64,000 nucleotides of DNA from Felis catus (taxonomy: Eukaryota): contig NC_058368.1 of NCBI RefSeq assembly GCF_018350175.1, positions 226,796,001 through 226,860,000 of the forward strand, read 5' to 3'. Below, in pieces: positions 13,023 to 26,588 of this stretch. The notes below the pieces were generated by a model, which made no database searches, was not told where the DNA came from, and was given only the letters and a program-made list of their open reading frames with translations. Every line of letters starts with the position of its first letter. Position 1 is the stretch's first letter. A program made the translations under genes and the position numbers.

Positions 13023-13245
13023 GGGGCGCCTGGGTGGCGCAGTCGGTTAAGCGTCCGACTTCAGCCAGGTCACGATCTCGCGGTCCGTGAGTTCGAGCCC
13101 CGCATCAGGCTCTGGGCTGATGGCTCAGAGCCTGGAGCCTGTTTCCGACTCTGTGTCTCCCTCTCTCTCTGCCCCTCCCCCGTTCATGCTCTGTCTCTCT
13201 CTGTCCCAAAAATAAATAAAAACGTTGGAAAAAAAAATTTAAAAA
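13023..13245 (+). mobile_element. Young SINEC_Fc
   Basis: TSD aataaatttattatg at 13008-13022 and 13246-13260. Confidence 0.97.
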
Positions 13246-13753
13246 AATAAATTTATTATGTTATTAATTTATACTTGATCCATTTACTATAGCATCTCGT
13301 TTGTTAAAAGTAGTAAAGAACACCTGTGCTAACATTTTGGGTTCTCACTTTAACTCCTGTTTGTTTTTCAGAGTTTTGAAAAATGAGTAATCAGCCTTCA
13401 GAGCATGAGTCCACATGCATGTATCTGACATTCTGTCCCTGACAAGCACGGCCTGATTCTCACGGACACATTGCCTCCAGTAAAAGCAGAGAGAAGAACA
13501 GGCACACGGTGCTAAATAATCGGCAACACAAAGAGTCCTCTATCTGTTGAAGGTCAAGTGTGTTAAATGTAACCTTATTGCCATGGTTGTTAGTCACATT
13601 GCTGTCTTTTCCTGCTTCCAAGTGTGGGATTTTCTTCTTAAAGACATTTCCCTTTCTCTGGTCAAAAACAACCTTGCAAACCGTGTGATATCGCAATTCC
13701 AATCTCTTTGGTTTTCATAAAAACTCTATGCCAGGATGAAAATTTGGTTTTTC

Positions 13754-14009
13754 TTTTTTTTTTTTATTTTTTTTATTTTTTTTTTAAATTTTTTTTTTCA
13801 ACGTTTTTATTTATTTTTTTTTGGGACAGAGAGAGAGACAGAGCATGAACGGGGGAGGGGCAGAGAGAGAGGGAGACACAGAATCGGAAACAGGCTCCAG
13901 GCTCTGAGCCATCAGCCCAGAGCCCGACGCGGGGCTCGAACTCACGGACCGCGAGATCGCGACCTGGCTGAAGTCGGACGCTTAACCGACTGCGCCACCC
14001 AGGCGTCCC
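13754..14009 (-). mobile_element. Young SINEC_Fc
   Basis: TSD gaaaatttggtttttc at 13738-13753 and 14010-14025. Confidence 0.97.
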
Positions 14010-14119
14010 GAAAATTTGGTTTTTCAACATCACAGTTACAAGGTATAGCAGATCTTGTAACATCTTAGTGAACACTAGAAATACCGTATTATTATATTAG
14101 AAACACCATTCTATGTCTC

Positions 14120-14472
14120 TGTCTTAGTTTGTTCAGGTTGCTATAACAAAAATACTGTAGACGGGGCGGTGGGGGGGGGGGTGTGTGGCTTATACACCAC
14201 AGCATTTACTTCTCACAGTTCTAGAGTCCAAGATCAAGGTGCAGGCAGAATTAGTCTCTGGCAGGGTCCACCTCCTGGTTCCTGGATAGTAGTCTTCTCA
14301 TTGTGTCCTCACTTGACAGAGTGATGAGGAAACTCTACAGGGTCTCTTCTACAAGAAGCCTCTGCTGTTGCGACCTAGTCATTTCCCAAAGTCCCAGCGT
14401 CCAAACATTATCACATTAGGGATTAGGTTTTAGCATATGAATGTTGAAGGACACAAACATTCAGCCAATGAC
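14120..14472 (-). mobile_element. MaLR LTR (MLT1A-like)
   Basis: tgtcttagtttgttcaggttgctataacaaaa...ggacacaaacattcag. Confidence 0.85.
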
Positions 14473-14856
14473 AGTCTCCAATGATTCTAGTCATCCGTTA
14501 AGTGGCAGTTTTGTGCCCTGCTTCCTGTACCAAAATAATCTGTGGTGACGTAGAAACCTTGGAGAGTAATCACAGGTCCTTACAATGCTTCTGTGACAGC
14601 TATAGGTACACTGCATGTGGCCAGATTTCCTAGGTCGTCGGTGACAATCTGTCTGACGTAAGGGCTCTTTAACAAAATATCACACATTCCTGGTATTTCA
14701 TAAGGATATAAATTCTTAAATTATTCTAATTTCTCATTTTCCATCAACACAGTTCTGATCACACCTTTCAGGTGAACGTCTTACTTGTCCACAGAGACCC
14801 ACTGCAAGGCACCTATAAAAATACCAAGACCTTAACACTACATGTGAGACCAAAGT

Positions 14857-15035
14857 GTTATTTATTTATCTATTTATTTAGAGAGCAAGCAAGGGAGAGG
14901 GACAGAGGGAGAGAGAGAGAGAATCTTAAGCAGGCTCCACGCTCAGTGTGGAGCCTGAAACAGGGCTTGATCCCCTGACCCTGGGCCAAAATCAAGAGTC
15001 AGATGCTCAACCAACCAAGCCACCCAACGTTCCCC
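14857..15035 (-). mobile_element. Diverged SINEC
   Basis: tttatttatt, (GA)n, gcaggctccacgctcagtgtggagcc, aaccaagccaccca. Confidence 0.85.
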
Positions 15036-15977
15036 GCCCCCCGCTGGCCACCAGTGTTATTTTTCAAAGTATGGAGCAAACAGAAACAATACAAGATTTT
15101 CAGGGATTAGTTAGACTTGAAAACAAATCTGTATTTTTTTATTCTCTAATAAACATTAACACCTAACACTTTCTCCAACTATTGAACCAACATAGAAACC
15201 GGCCCCAAATTAAATCCTTCCCACGTTCTCTAACATTTTGCCCATAACATCAGCATGGAAGTGACCACATTGTAGAGCAGTTGGTTTACTCAGATTTGAG
15301 AGCCGTTTAACGGGGGCAGGACTGGAAGACCCTTCTACCCGTGTCAGCAGGTGGGACCCTGCCTGCACGGCCATCTCTTTGATCAGGGTGGAGGGTCCAC
15401 CTCCAGGAGCACCCTAAAAGGCAACAGCTGTTCACCTGACCAAGGTCACTAGGCAAGGTCCCTGGTACCACTCTCCGCGTGTGCCCCTCCCAGCTGCTCG
15501 CGATTCGGCTGGGCAGAGACACCACTATGTTAAGGACATGGACCGCTGACTTCCTTCCGGTCTATCGTTCCCCATACCCACCCCGCCCCCCATCATCCTC
15601 TTTGATTTGTAAGATACATCCTCCTAACACTGGGATGGCTTATGCTTAATGCTTATGCTTTTGAATTATTTCAATTTTCATTTTCCTTCACATTTACGTT
15701 TTAATTATTTGTGAAGACTTCCTTTTCCCTGGTTGCTTTCCAGTCTTTAGAAAGGCAATGGGAATGCCATGCATTCATCTATCTACCCCTGAAATGCAAA
15801 AAAAAAACCCCCAAAAAAACCCAAAAAAAAACACAAAAGGACTAAATTTGGTTCTTTGGCTATGTTTGCTGAACAGAGAACTGCAGACCTGAAGGAGTCT
15901 GACTGGAGGCCATCAGGAACTCGGACTCAACACAGACCAACAAAATTCATGATTGCATCTATCATAAATGATGTTGA

Positions 15978-16196
15978 GTGGCACCTGGGTGGCTCAGTTG
16001 GTCAAGCGACTTCGGCTCAGGTCATGATCTCGCGGTTTGTGAGTTTGAGCCCCCGCATCGGGCTCCGTGCTGACAGCTCAGAGCCTGGAGCCTGCTTCTG
16101 ATTCTGTGTCTCCCTCTTTCTCTGCTCCTCCCCTGTTCACGCTCTGTCTCTCTCGGTCTCTCAAAAATAAATAAACATTAAAAAAAATTTCTTTTC
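15978..16196 (+). mobile_element. SINEC
   Basis: TSD aatgatgttga at 15967-15977 and 16197-16207. Confidence 0.95.
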
Positions 16197-16784
16197 AATG
16201 ATGTTGAACATTTTACCGTAGCATGCATGTTTTCTTTATGAGCTGCCTTTCACCATTACCCCTACCAACCACACAGGAGAGACACTTCATTGAGCCTTGG
16301 CCTTGCCAATCGGCATTTGGTTCATTTTTATCTTAAGGATGTTGCTCTGGGCGGTCGGAAGCTCCAAGCTCAGTACAGAAGTGTGGTGGGGAGAGGTGCT
16401 CGTGTGGTTCCTGCTTTGACTTGAATCTCCTTTCGTTTTCTCCGATTCCTCCCATTTTCTCAGTAAGTGCTTTACCAAATGTGACTTTATAAGCCATCAT
16501 GAGTAATTTCTGGAATGAGGCAGTGTAGATCTAAAGGAAGGAAGAGAGAAGAGAGGATGAGGGGGAAAGGAAGGCAGGAATTTGGCATCCTTCTATGCCA
16601 GGGACCCTCCAACACAAAGTTCGCCTGTTAATCTTTATTATTTTTACATATTCTAAGATCATGGATAAATGAAAATTATTGAATGGTAAGACCCTTGATT
16701 AATCCCTCTATCGCTAATATTTTTTAAAGATATTTAAGTCATCGGTAATGCTTTTAAGATAATCTTTTAGAAATATCCCCTCCA

Positions 16785-17000
16785 GGGGCACCTGGGTGGC
16801 TCAGTTGGTTAAGCATCTGACTTCAGCTCAGGTCATGATCTCGCGGTTTGTGAGTTTGAGCCCCGCATCGGGCTCTGTGCTGACAGCTCAGAGCCTGGAG
16901 CCCACTTCAGATTCTGTGTCTCCCTCTCTCTCTGTCCCTCCCCTGCTCATGCTCTGTCTCTCACTGTCTCAAAAATAAATAAAACATTAAAAAAAAAAAA
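16785..17000 (+). mobile_element. SINEC
   Basis: TSD agaaat(a/c)tcccctcca at 16769-16784 and 17001-17016. Confidence 0.95.
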
Positions 17001-18044
17001 AGAAATCTCCCCTCCAGAACATCTATCAGAAGATTCAAATTGGACTTCATTTAATCTAAACATTTTTTTTTTTCATTTTCCTTTCACTGGCATCTTTTAT
17101 TATGACTCACTTTATTCCCATTATCATGCTGAGGTGGATCCCACAGTACCGGCAATGTGTGCGTCCTCTGGACTCCACCCAGCACTCACAAGCTTCCACC
17201 CTGGGGTCAAGGGCATACACCATTTCAGCCACGCAGAGCAATGCTGAAAAAAAAACTTTAGGCAAAAAATTAACACTTTCATCTCACTGCAGTTGGGGGG
17301 GGCGGTTGGAAATCATCCCTAGGCCAGACGGGGATCATTCATCCGGGCCCCAGGCCAGGCATCCAGGCTGACTTGATGATCACGCTCAAAGACCAAGGAG
17401 ACTTTTGTAAATCTCACAGATCAGAACTTCTGTTGGAGGACTCCAAGTTTTCTAACAAGTTGGCGGTGAGCTTCAGAATAATTTACTCTATTTATCAGCA
17501 GTGCTTTTCAATAAAACCCTGCTTAAAGGCGTTTAGGAGAAAAATATAAACTTTCACTCTGGGACAGTGAGGAGGGAAAGAAAAGGAAAGGGAAGGATCA
17601 GATTAGCTACTGATATCATTTGTTGGCCTGTAGGCTGGCCTTGTTGCCTCCTTGTCGTTCAACACTTTCAACTTTAGTTTCTCAAACTCTAACAGCCCCT
17701 TGCTCACATTCAGACCTTCTCTCAGTTTCCCATGATGTTTCTATGGCTGAGTCTTAACTTGCCCTTCAAAAGTGTTATTGTTAAAGGCTCTTCCCTGGGG
17801 AAGCATTTGATGGTCCTGAAACGAAGTTAAGTCCTTGCTGTTGGATGCACACTCAGAAACCTGTACCTTTCCTGTGTAGCATGGACCATTATCATGATTA
17901 CATATTCAATGGTGTCTTTATCTTATTTGTGGCGGTAACCGCATCACTTACCACAGAGCCTGGGAGGCAATGAGTCCTCAGTAAATAGTTGTTTATTGAT
18001 TAAATAAAGATTACTTGAGCATGTGCCGTTAATCATTTGTTTTC

Positions 18045-18522
18045 TCTTTTTTTCGGGTTTTTATTTAAATTCCACTCAGCTGACATACAAAGCAATATTT
18101 GTTTCAGGAGTAGAATTCAGTGATTCATCACTTGCATGCAGCACCCAGTGATCATCATAACAAGTGCCCTCCTTAATGCCCATCCCCCACCCACTTCCCT
18201 CTATCAACTCTCAGTTTCTTCCTTGTCTTTAAGATTCTGTCTCATGGCTTGTTTTCCTCTCTCTTTCCCCATCCTCCCGTATGTTCATCTGTTTTGTTTC
18301 TTCTTAAAAAAAAATTGTTTAAATGTTTATTTGAGAGAGGGGCAGAGCATGAGTGGGGGATGGGCAGAGAGAGAGAGAGAGAGACAGAGATCATCTGAAG
18401 TAAGCTCCAAGGTGGAGCTCGAACTCACAAACCATGAAATCATGACCTGAGCCAAAATCAGACGCTAAACCGACGGAGCCACCCAGGCACCCCTTGTCTG
18501 TTTTGTTTCTTAAATTCCACAT
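18045..18522 (-). mobile_element. Carnivore L1 3' end fragment containing a SINEC (18304-18493, minus strand)
   Basis: ttcaggagtagaattcagtgattcatcactt...cacccagtg...aagtgccctccttaatgccc. The SINE is flanked by duplicated tctgttttgtttctt. Confidence 0.85.
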
Positions 18523-21051
18523 TCATGTGATGAAACAGAAAAGCTACCAATACATTTGAAAGATGAAATAGGTTTTTTTTAAGTAGTTGAGAAAAACACA
18601 AAAAGCTTGTTACCCCTTTTCCTTTTTCTGTCTTTTTGCAAATATACCCACTCATAGGTCCATATTTCTACGATGCTTTGTAATTTTGAGTAAATTAGAG
18701 AACATAACAAGACTATCTTTGTGGAAATTGCCCAAATTCCAGAGAAAAATGAAGGCATTATCTAAGTAATCTGCCTCTGACTGCTGTATGAACTGCTCCT
18801 TTGACGGTCTTTAAAGATAAGGGCGTGCCCAGAATCCAGCGGGCCCACAAAGTTGGGAGTCAGTTATAAAAACTTTAATTCTGGGTAGCCAGTTGGTTGG
18901 AAAATACTTTGGTATACTAGAGTAGGAGTCAAAAAATTTGGGTCCAGTCTCCAAGTTTTCCAATTTTTTTCATCAGTGAAAGGTAAAGTTTATTTACTCA
19001 TTTAACAAGTATTTATTTTATGCTTTCTGTATAACAGCCCTGTGCTAGGGGATTAAAAAAAAAAAAGATGCAAGAAGAAAGATATATAAATAAGTACCCA
19101 AATTAGCCACAGAGGTACTAAGTGTTATAAGCATGAAGGAGAAGTTGGGCTGAATATACAGTGGAACAGCAGGTTCCCAGGCATGTTTTATGGATTATGT
19201 GTGATTCAGTGTGTCCATCCAGAAAGGGTTTCTATGTCTAAGAAAATTGGAGAATGGTGCACACTAAATTTCCTCCGTGGAGAGACACCATGAATATAAG
19301 CATAACAAAATCTCCACGGTCATGAAAAGTATTTAATTTTAGTTAATCAAATATTTTCCCAAATCATTTGACCACAGTTCCATATCTTTCACCTAAAATA
19401 ATCTATTGATATCCCAGTGTTCAGAGAAAACTTGCAAGCTTCCCAAGAAAACACTGCATCAAATTCTTGGGAAAAGCCTCGGGTTGAGCCCATCATGATC
19501 ACAGAGGATCCAAGAATCAGAGAGGAGTCAGGCCTGTCTGAGGTTACTGGTAAGGTAGAGGTTGACATTGGCAGGTGAAACTGAGGCAGAGTCTATGCGA
19601 AATGCTGCCCTGAGGCACTGGTAGATTCCTAGGCAGCAACCAGTTGCCTTAGGCATTATCTGATCAAAGGAGGTGTCACAGGAGAGAGACTTTGATGAGC
19701 TTTGTTTTTCCAAGAGACGTATTGGGAAAGAGTATTTCCTTTAGATTAAATGAGAAAGTAGGGCATAGAGAAGAATCCAGAAGCTCCTGGGCTAGTTGTT
19801 CAGGGATGATGGCCTGGGATAAGATAATAGCAATGCAAACAGGGCTTGCAACATTCCAAAGGACAACGTGTCTGATCTTGAGGAGGAAGAGTGATAAAAG
19901 AAGGCAAAAAAGTGGAGGTGGCTCCACGGTTATGGGTACCAGTGGTCCTATATGGCAGCTGGAGGACAGGCCTCACTCTGGCCAAGCTCCTCCATTGCTA
20001 CAGAACCAACCAGTAACATGTGGGGCAGAAGAACCACCCTGCTGAGCTCTGTCAATTCAAAGAACCATGACATTTGACTCGATCCTTGCTAGTGAAACAC
20101 ACTAAGCTTGCTTATGCTTTGCACTTGGTTACAGTTAAGCGAGTCAATAACTGACATAGCATAACGTGGTCAGCTGTATAGAACAGAGGACAAAGTGATT
20201 AATCATGCAAGGTTGGGCCAGGAGATCTCAGAATAAGTTGGAATGCTGGAGACTGGTTGAAGGAAAAAGCAGATCTTTTCCAGTGATACAAGAGGGGAAA
20301 GTATTCCAGCAAACTGGCAGCACAAAATATGTACATTTGGGAACCAGCATAGGGTAAAGGCCAGGTGCATAGGAAGGGTGAAAGGATTAAATCGAGAGAG
20401 GTTGTTGAGTCTAATTCCCTGAAGTAGTATATGTAATAGGCATGAAATTTACACCACAGGTAAAGAAGCTGTAAAATCCAAGAATAAAATACAACAGAAG
20501 TGACGTATCACACATTGATTCAACACGTATTTATTGAGCACCTGCTATGTAACTGACGTTGCAGTACAGGTTGAGGATAGATGCAATGATAATAGCAAAC
20601 AGGCACGATTCAGGACTTTATCAGGCTCGGAGTACAGTCTGAGAAACAGGTCCCGTAGTTACGAAAGTAATGAAAAGTTCTAAATTGCAATGGATAGCAT
20701 GACAAAAAGGGAACCTGAGCTAAGAAAGGGCACAGAGATGAATGAGACAAACCCCTTTCACTGTCTTGACATAACACATTCCCAATAAATGTTGGTAGCG
20801 TGGCTGACTGGTTGTAGAGAAAGAGAAATGATGGAGGCAAAGAGAACAGTTGTGAGGTATCGGTGTGAGCTATTGTTCCCTAATCCAGGAAGGGGATGCT
20901 GGGAGCCAGGGGCAGAGCAGTGGCAACAGAAGTGCAGAGATAGGAAAGTAACATCTCAGATGCACAGCTGGCAATTGCGGAGACGTGAGGAAAGAGAAAG
21001 GAACCTTGAGGACAACTCCAGTGTTGATCTTGAATAAGAGCCTTGATCTTT

Positions 21052-21214
21052 GGGGTGCCTGTGTGGCTCAGTCACTTAAACGTCTGACTTCAGCTCAGGT
21101 CATGATCTCACAGTTTGCGGGTTCAAGCCCTGCATCTGGCTCTGCACTGACAGTGTGGAGCCTCCTTGAGATTTTTTCTTTCTCCCTCTCTCTCTACCCC
21201 TCCCTGACTTGTGC

Positions 21215-21251
<37 letters not shown>

Positions 21252-21272
21252 ATAAATAAATGAACTTAAAAG
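21052..21272 (+). mobile_element. SINEC
   Basis: TSD aagag(c/t)cttgatcttt at 21036-21051 and 21273-21288; long (CT)n. Confidence 0.95.
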
Positions 21273-21454
21273 AAGAGTCTTGATCTTTAATAAAAGAGTT
21301 TTATTAATGGACATAGAAAGCACCCCAGGAGGCTTACATTTAGATAGGAAAGGTCATGAATTGTGGTTTGTGAGTGTTGAGTAGAAAGTACTTTAAGGAC
21401 AAGATTTCCCATTGGTGCCCTAGACTGTATTATTCCAATTTATTTAAAATCTTA

Positions 21455-21672
21455 GTAAATGCAAACTAATCTATCATGACAGAAAGCAGATCAGTGGTTC
21501 CCTGGGGACCAGACTGGAGGTGGTAAGGGTCCCGACAAAGACACTGCGGAAGGTCGTCAGAGAAGTTTTAGGGGTGATGGATATGTTTACTGTCTTGATT
21601 TTATTTCAAACTCTTCAAAGTGTACAGTTTTAATTCATTGACTTTCTTTTATATAAATTATTTTTCAATAAA
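21455..21672 (+). mobile_element. Old L1M 3' end fragment
   Basis: gcaaactaatctat...gacagaaagcagatcagtggtt...gggtgatggatatgtttactgtcttgatt. Confidence 0.75.
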
Positions 21673-22059
21673 ACCTTTTTTTGTACAAAGAAGACACTTA
21701 CGAGAGCACCACCCACATTTGCAAATTGGGGCAAAAAGAGATGGGAAAGAGTTTGAGCTGTTTGCAGTGTGCAAAACAAATTAGTACGTACCTAAGGTCA
21801 AAAAGAAAAGGATGATGTGCCGTTTACTTGTGAAGGAATTCTCATTTTTACCCTAAACAAAGGTAATGAGATTGGATATTGGGGGATATTTACTCCTACT
21901 AACGAGAGTTGGAGGAAAAGGAAAAAAAACAATGGTTGAAAATAAAATGATCAGAAGAAAGCAGTTAAAATGAAGAAGAGGACAAATCGAGAAACATAAA
22001 AATGTCTCAGAAAAACAGCCTTCACAGAGAAAAGTCATTACTTGATGAGAAACGAGAAG

Positions 22060-22063
<4 letters not shown>

Positions 22064-22090
<27 letters not shown>

Positions 22091-22118
22091 GAGGCATGCA
22101 CACGCGTGCACACACATG
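22064..22118. repeat. (CA)n microsatellite plus alternating purine-pyrimidine extension
   Basis: Read directly from the sequence. Confidence 0.95.
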
Positions 22119-23419
22119 CCACAACCAAAAAAAAAAAACCAGAAATTGGCTTAAGCGAGTCAAAGATTCCTGTCCATGTGAGTATTGGCATAGCGGAGGG
22201 AAAAATCCTCAAATTAACATCAAAGCAGAAGAGAAAAATGGTAAAAAAAAAAAAAAAGAAAAAGAAAAAAAAGTAGAAAGGAAAAGCCATTTATTGAATC
22301 AAATAAAGCAATAATAGCAAGTTAAATGTTATAGCTACACTAAGACTAAGGTAATAACAAAAAATAGTTTGGGACCCGTGACTCTCCTCTTTTATGCAAG
22401 GCCAATCTCCATATTCATTTGTTTGTTTATATACAAAATATTTATTGAAAGCCTTCCATGTGTCAGATACTGTTCCAAATGCCCAGGTTACCTCCGTATG
22501 CAAAATAGATTAAGTGCTTAAGGTCACAGAACTGCTACTTAGTATTTTCTTGATCAATGTTAAATTGATTAGACCCTCCGTGACTATGTTAAGATAGAGT
22601 CTGTCTTGTTTGAACCACATTGCAAACTTTGGCTTCCGGCTGTTTACAGAAGGTTTCAGCTGTTTCTAGGGGGTGCTTTCTAAGAGCAGTGGTATCAGTA
22701 GTAGTTAGCAACTCTTTTCATTCTTCAGCTTGAACAAAAAGGATAGAGGGGCCGTATTTTTCTGTGTGCTTTCAAGAGAGCTCAGGGCGTCCTAAAAAAT
22801 CATCATTCTCTTTCCTTCCCTCTGGTGTTCCTGTAGTTGCTACCATTATCGTGGTCTTCTCTGGGCGAGAAAAGAATGGACAATCCTCTGTCAGATGCAC
22901 AGTTCAAAAGTCAGGATTGTAATATTGTTGCCTAAAGAATTCCCAACACCAGGGAATCTCCCAAAGAATGCTAGAGCCCCCCTTTGCTCACAGGCCCCCG
23001 CCGGGCCTGGTGATACTCTGCTGCCAGTGGAAACATACAAGGGGGAAATTATCTGTAAAAAGCAACACGGCCATCCTTACTGGGACCTCTTATCAAACAT
23101 CAGGATATTCAGCTCAGCTACACCTTTCAGTGTGGGCGGGGGTGAGGTGGGGGGGAAACACCATTTTTTTCACCATTGACTCTAGGTGTGTCTGGTTAGA
23201 AGTTTGCCTGAACAACCAAGAACATCAGCTTTAAGAAAGAAAAAAAGAAAGAAAGAGAGAAAGAGAGAGAAAAGCATTCTATAGTAACAAAATATGGAAA
23301 CATTCAAAGTATTTCTCTTTTGGGATAAAATATTTCATCTCCTTATGCAATTGTTGCCTCGGTGGGAATGGGCTTTGAATTGCGTGAAAAGAGCAAAGAC
23401 TTCCCTGGAATCCGTGTAC

Positions 23420-23446
23420 GGGGGGGGGGGGGGGGGGGGGGGGGGG
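23420..23446 (+). repeat. Poly-G tract (27 nt)
   Basis: Read directly from the sequence. Confidence 0.95.
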
Positions 23447-24257
23447 AGTTCTAATCCTCCTAGAATTTTCTAAGTGGTTTATTTTGAATAAAATGGTACG
23501 AGTGCCCTTTGCCTTCTCCCTTATCACAAACAAAATTCTTCCTCACCCAAGTCAAAGTTGAACTGCATTTCTCATTTGGTCCAAACCACTGAAAATCCCA
23601 TAACGTATCCAATTATATGTGAAAACAGATTATTCTACCTTTAAATTAGAGGAAATTATCTATTTCAGTCCTGGTGGAATACACTTCAAATGTTAGAAGT
23701 TTAAATAAAAACCCATAAGTGTGTTTTAGCATCTCCCCCCCCCCCTTAGATCCCAGCCATTCATACCCATAAATGCAAAAAAAAAAAAAAAAAAAAAAGA
23801 AAAGAAAAAGGGAAAAAGTTATTTTTATCATAGCTTTAAGCTATGTCTTTGCTCTCAATGAATTTTTATAAAAATAAAACCTTGCTTCCTGCCAAATTTA
23901 GTTTATTGGCACTTAAAATGGAAATTAATGTTTTCTTGGCCTTATGGCTGCTAAATCAAAGAAATTCATAGCATCAGTGTTTTTGTGTGATGTGTAGAAA
24001 AGCGAGAAAAGGGTTGTGACTCTCTGACCTTTTGTACTATATCTGTGAAAAATCATTCACATCTCCCTTTATTTGGGAAGACTCGCGATGTATCTCGTAA
24101 GGAAAGTAGGTTTCAAATACTTTTAAATTCAGAGAAGAAGAAAGTGCAAATGAGAGCTCATCTAAAGAGAAAAACCACGATAAAGCAGGGTTTGAAGTAA
24201 ATGTGAGAGGGCCAAAGGATATTTGGTTTGTCACTTTTTATGAAGTGCTAACAAGGA

Positions 24258-24422
24258 NNNNNNNNNNNNNNNNNNNNNNNNNNNNNNNNNNNNNNNNNNN
24301 NNNNNNNNNNNNNNNNNNNNNNNNNNNNNNNNNNNNNNNNNNNNNNNNNNNNNNNNNNNNNNNNNNNNNNNNNNNNNNNNNNNNNNNNNNNNNNNNNNNN
24401 NNNNNNNNNNNNNNNNNNNNNN
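24258..24422. other. Assembly gap (N run)
   Basis: Run of n. Confidence 1.
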
Positions 24423-24701
24423 CTGGAAGAGAACCCCCCCCCAAACCATAATCACCTGACTTTATTTAGCTTGGGCTAAAAGGTAAATCCTATACCTAAG
24501 AACATGCCAATGCCCCCCAAAATAACTTTTTGGCCAAACCAGTTTCTCTGTGCCGGAAATAAAAAGGGGCACAAAGCTATTCTAATGTTCCAGCCTTCAA
24601 AAGACGGAAAACAAAGACGTTTGTCGAAATCCTGCCACTTGTGCTCACTGAGGAGCTGTCCGTCTGGAGGTCTGAGACCAGTTCAGGAAATAGGATTTCC
24701 C

Positions 24702-24927
24702 TTTTTTTTTTTAATTTTTTTTTTCAACGTTTATTTATTTTTGGGACAGAGAGAGACAGAGCATGAACGGGGGAGGGGCAGAGAGAGAGGGAGACACAGA
24801 ATCGGAAACAGGCTCCAGGCTCCCAGCCATCAGCCCAGAGCCTGATGCGGGGCTTGAACTCACGGACCGCGAGATCGTGACCTGGCTGAAGTCGGACGCT
24901 TAACCGACTGCGCCACCCAGGCGCCCC
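24702..24927 (-). mobile_element. Young SINEC_Fc
   Basis: TSD aggatttccc at 24692-24701 and 24928-24937. Confidence 0.97.
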
Positions 24928-25357
24928 AGGATTTCCCATTTTTATCCCACGTGAACCCCTCAACCCTCTGAGGACGCCTGGGAACAATAAATGAAACTCG
25001 TTGAATTCAACCTCATCCTCTGTACTCCTGGACACTGCAGTCTCTTTATTTCCATTGGTTCTAATATTCAATATAGCGAAAACAAAGTTGAAAGAGTAGG
25101 AGGAAATACCTTCTCTCTCTTTTGTGGGAATGGTCAGTGAAAGGAGTCTAAGATGAAGCCACAAGTGTCTCTGAAGACTCACTCCAGTTGCCAGTTACCA
25201 GCGCCCAGGAATCCCAAGAACATCCATCCAATAACATCACTTGGCATCTACAGTCACAGTGATGGAACGACTATGACCACCTTTTTAATGGATTTATTAC
25301 GGACATTGCAGAGCAGGAACTCTACAAACCCTGAGTCAATTAACGGCGTTGTCTGTT

Positions 25358-25440
25358 AAAAAAAAAAAAGGAAGAAGAAGAAGGAGGAGGAGGAGGAAGA
25401 GAAGGAAGAAGATGAGAAGGAGGAGGAGGGGGGTGGAGAA
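25358..25440. repeat. Purine-rich (GAA/GAG)n low-complexity tract
   Basis: Read directly from the sequence. Confidence 0.9.
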
Positions 25441-25496
25441 TTGGAAAAAGACAACAAAGAAGGCTGAAACCAGTTTACGATAAGAATGCGGCAATA

Positions 25497-25700
25497 GGGG
25501 TGCCCGGGTGGCTCGCTGGGTCGGTTAAACATTCGACTTCAGCTCAGGTCATGATCCTTCCATCCACGGGTTGGAGCCCTGCGTCAGGCTCCGTGCTGAC
25601 AGCTCAGAGCCTGGAGCCTGCTTCGGATTCTGTGTCTCCCTCTCTCTCAATGCCCCTCCTGCTCAGACTCTCTTTCTCTTCAGAATAAAATAAAAGCATT
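25497..25700 (+). mobile_element. SINEC
   Basis: SINE body; TSD-like aatg(c/g)ggcaata on both sides. Confidence 0.9.
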
Positions 25701-26004
25701 ATTTTTTTTTAATGGGGCAATAATAGATCTTCCGGGAAGGAAAATACACAAGTCAAGATTTATTTTGATAAGAGGTACAAATGGCAAGAACAATTCTAAA
25801 CTCTTACCGCTCCCTAGATGATCCTTTTTTTTCACATGGCAAAACACACGTGTCATCTGAAAAACTTCTGTCTCGTCCTAAAGATGTGTTTTGATCGCAT
25901 TGTTCTACAACTTCAAGTGAACCCCATCGGACAGTGTTTTCAAAAAAGCCCCAAATAATGACAGACATTTTAAAATGTAAATATAAGTAAAAACCAGGGG
26001 AGGA

Positions 26005-26335
26005 GGGAGGATGAATAGGCAGAGTACTGAGCATTTTTAGGGCCCTGAAAATACTTGGCATAATACTCTAGTGATGGGCACCTGACATTATACATTTATC
26101 AAGCCCCCGTAGAACGAACAACACCAGGAATGTACCCTAATGTAAACTGTGGGCTGGGGGCGATTGTGATGTATCAGTATAGATTCATCCCTTGTAACAA
26201 ATGTGCCGCTGTGGTGGGAGATCATAATGAGGGAGGCCGTGCATGCGTGGCGACAGAGCACAGGAAAAATCTCTGTTACCTTCCTCTTCATTTTGCTGTG
26301 AACCGAAAACTGCTCTAAAAACAGTCTTAAAAATA
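26005..26335 (+). mobile_element. L1MC-type 3' end fragment
   Basis: ggatgaataggcagag...accctaatgtaaactgtggg...ttttgctgtgaaccgaaaactgctctaaaa. Confidence 0.85.
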
Positions 26336-26588
26336 TAGGGGGAAGCAGGGTCTGGCTAATATGATAAAACTGTAGGTTCAAGAGAGGACTATAGTCCCGA
26401 ACTAATCGCTTTACACTAACGTGGTTTGGAGCCATGAACGACACGAGGACTCGAGATGAACCAAACAAAAAAAAAAGCAAAAAACAAAAACAGACATGTC
26501 TTGGAACCAACGAAAATTGGCAAGGATAAAGGAATTTAGGACCAATCAAGAAAAAAAATAAGGAGTAGTAATTATATTCAGAATTAGA

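Noticed and set aside
13023-13100. tRNA-like A and B boxes as tRNA genes
   Set aside because: They are heads of tRNA-derived SINEs followed by SINE body, (CT)n and A tail.
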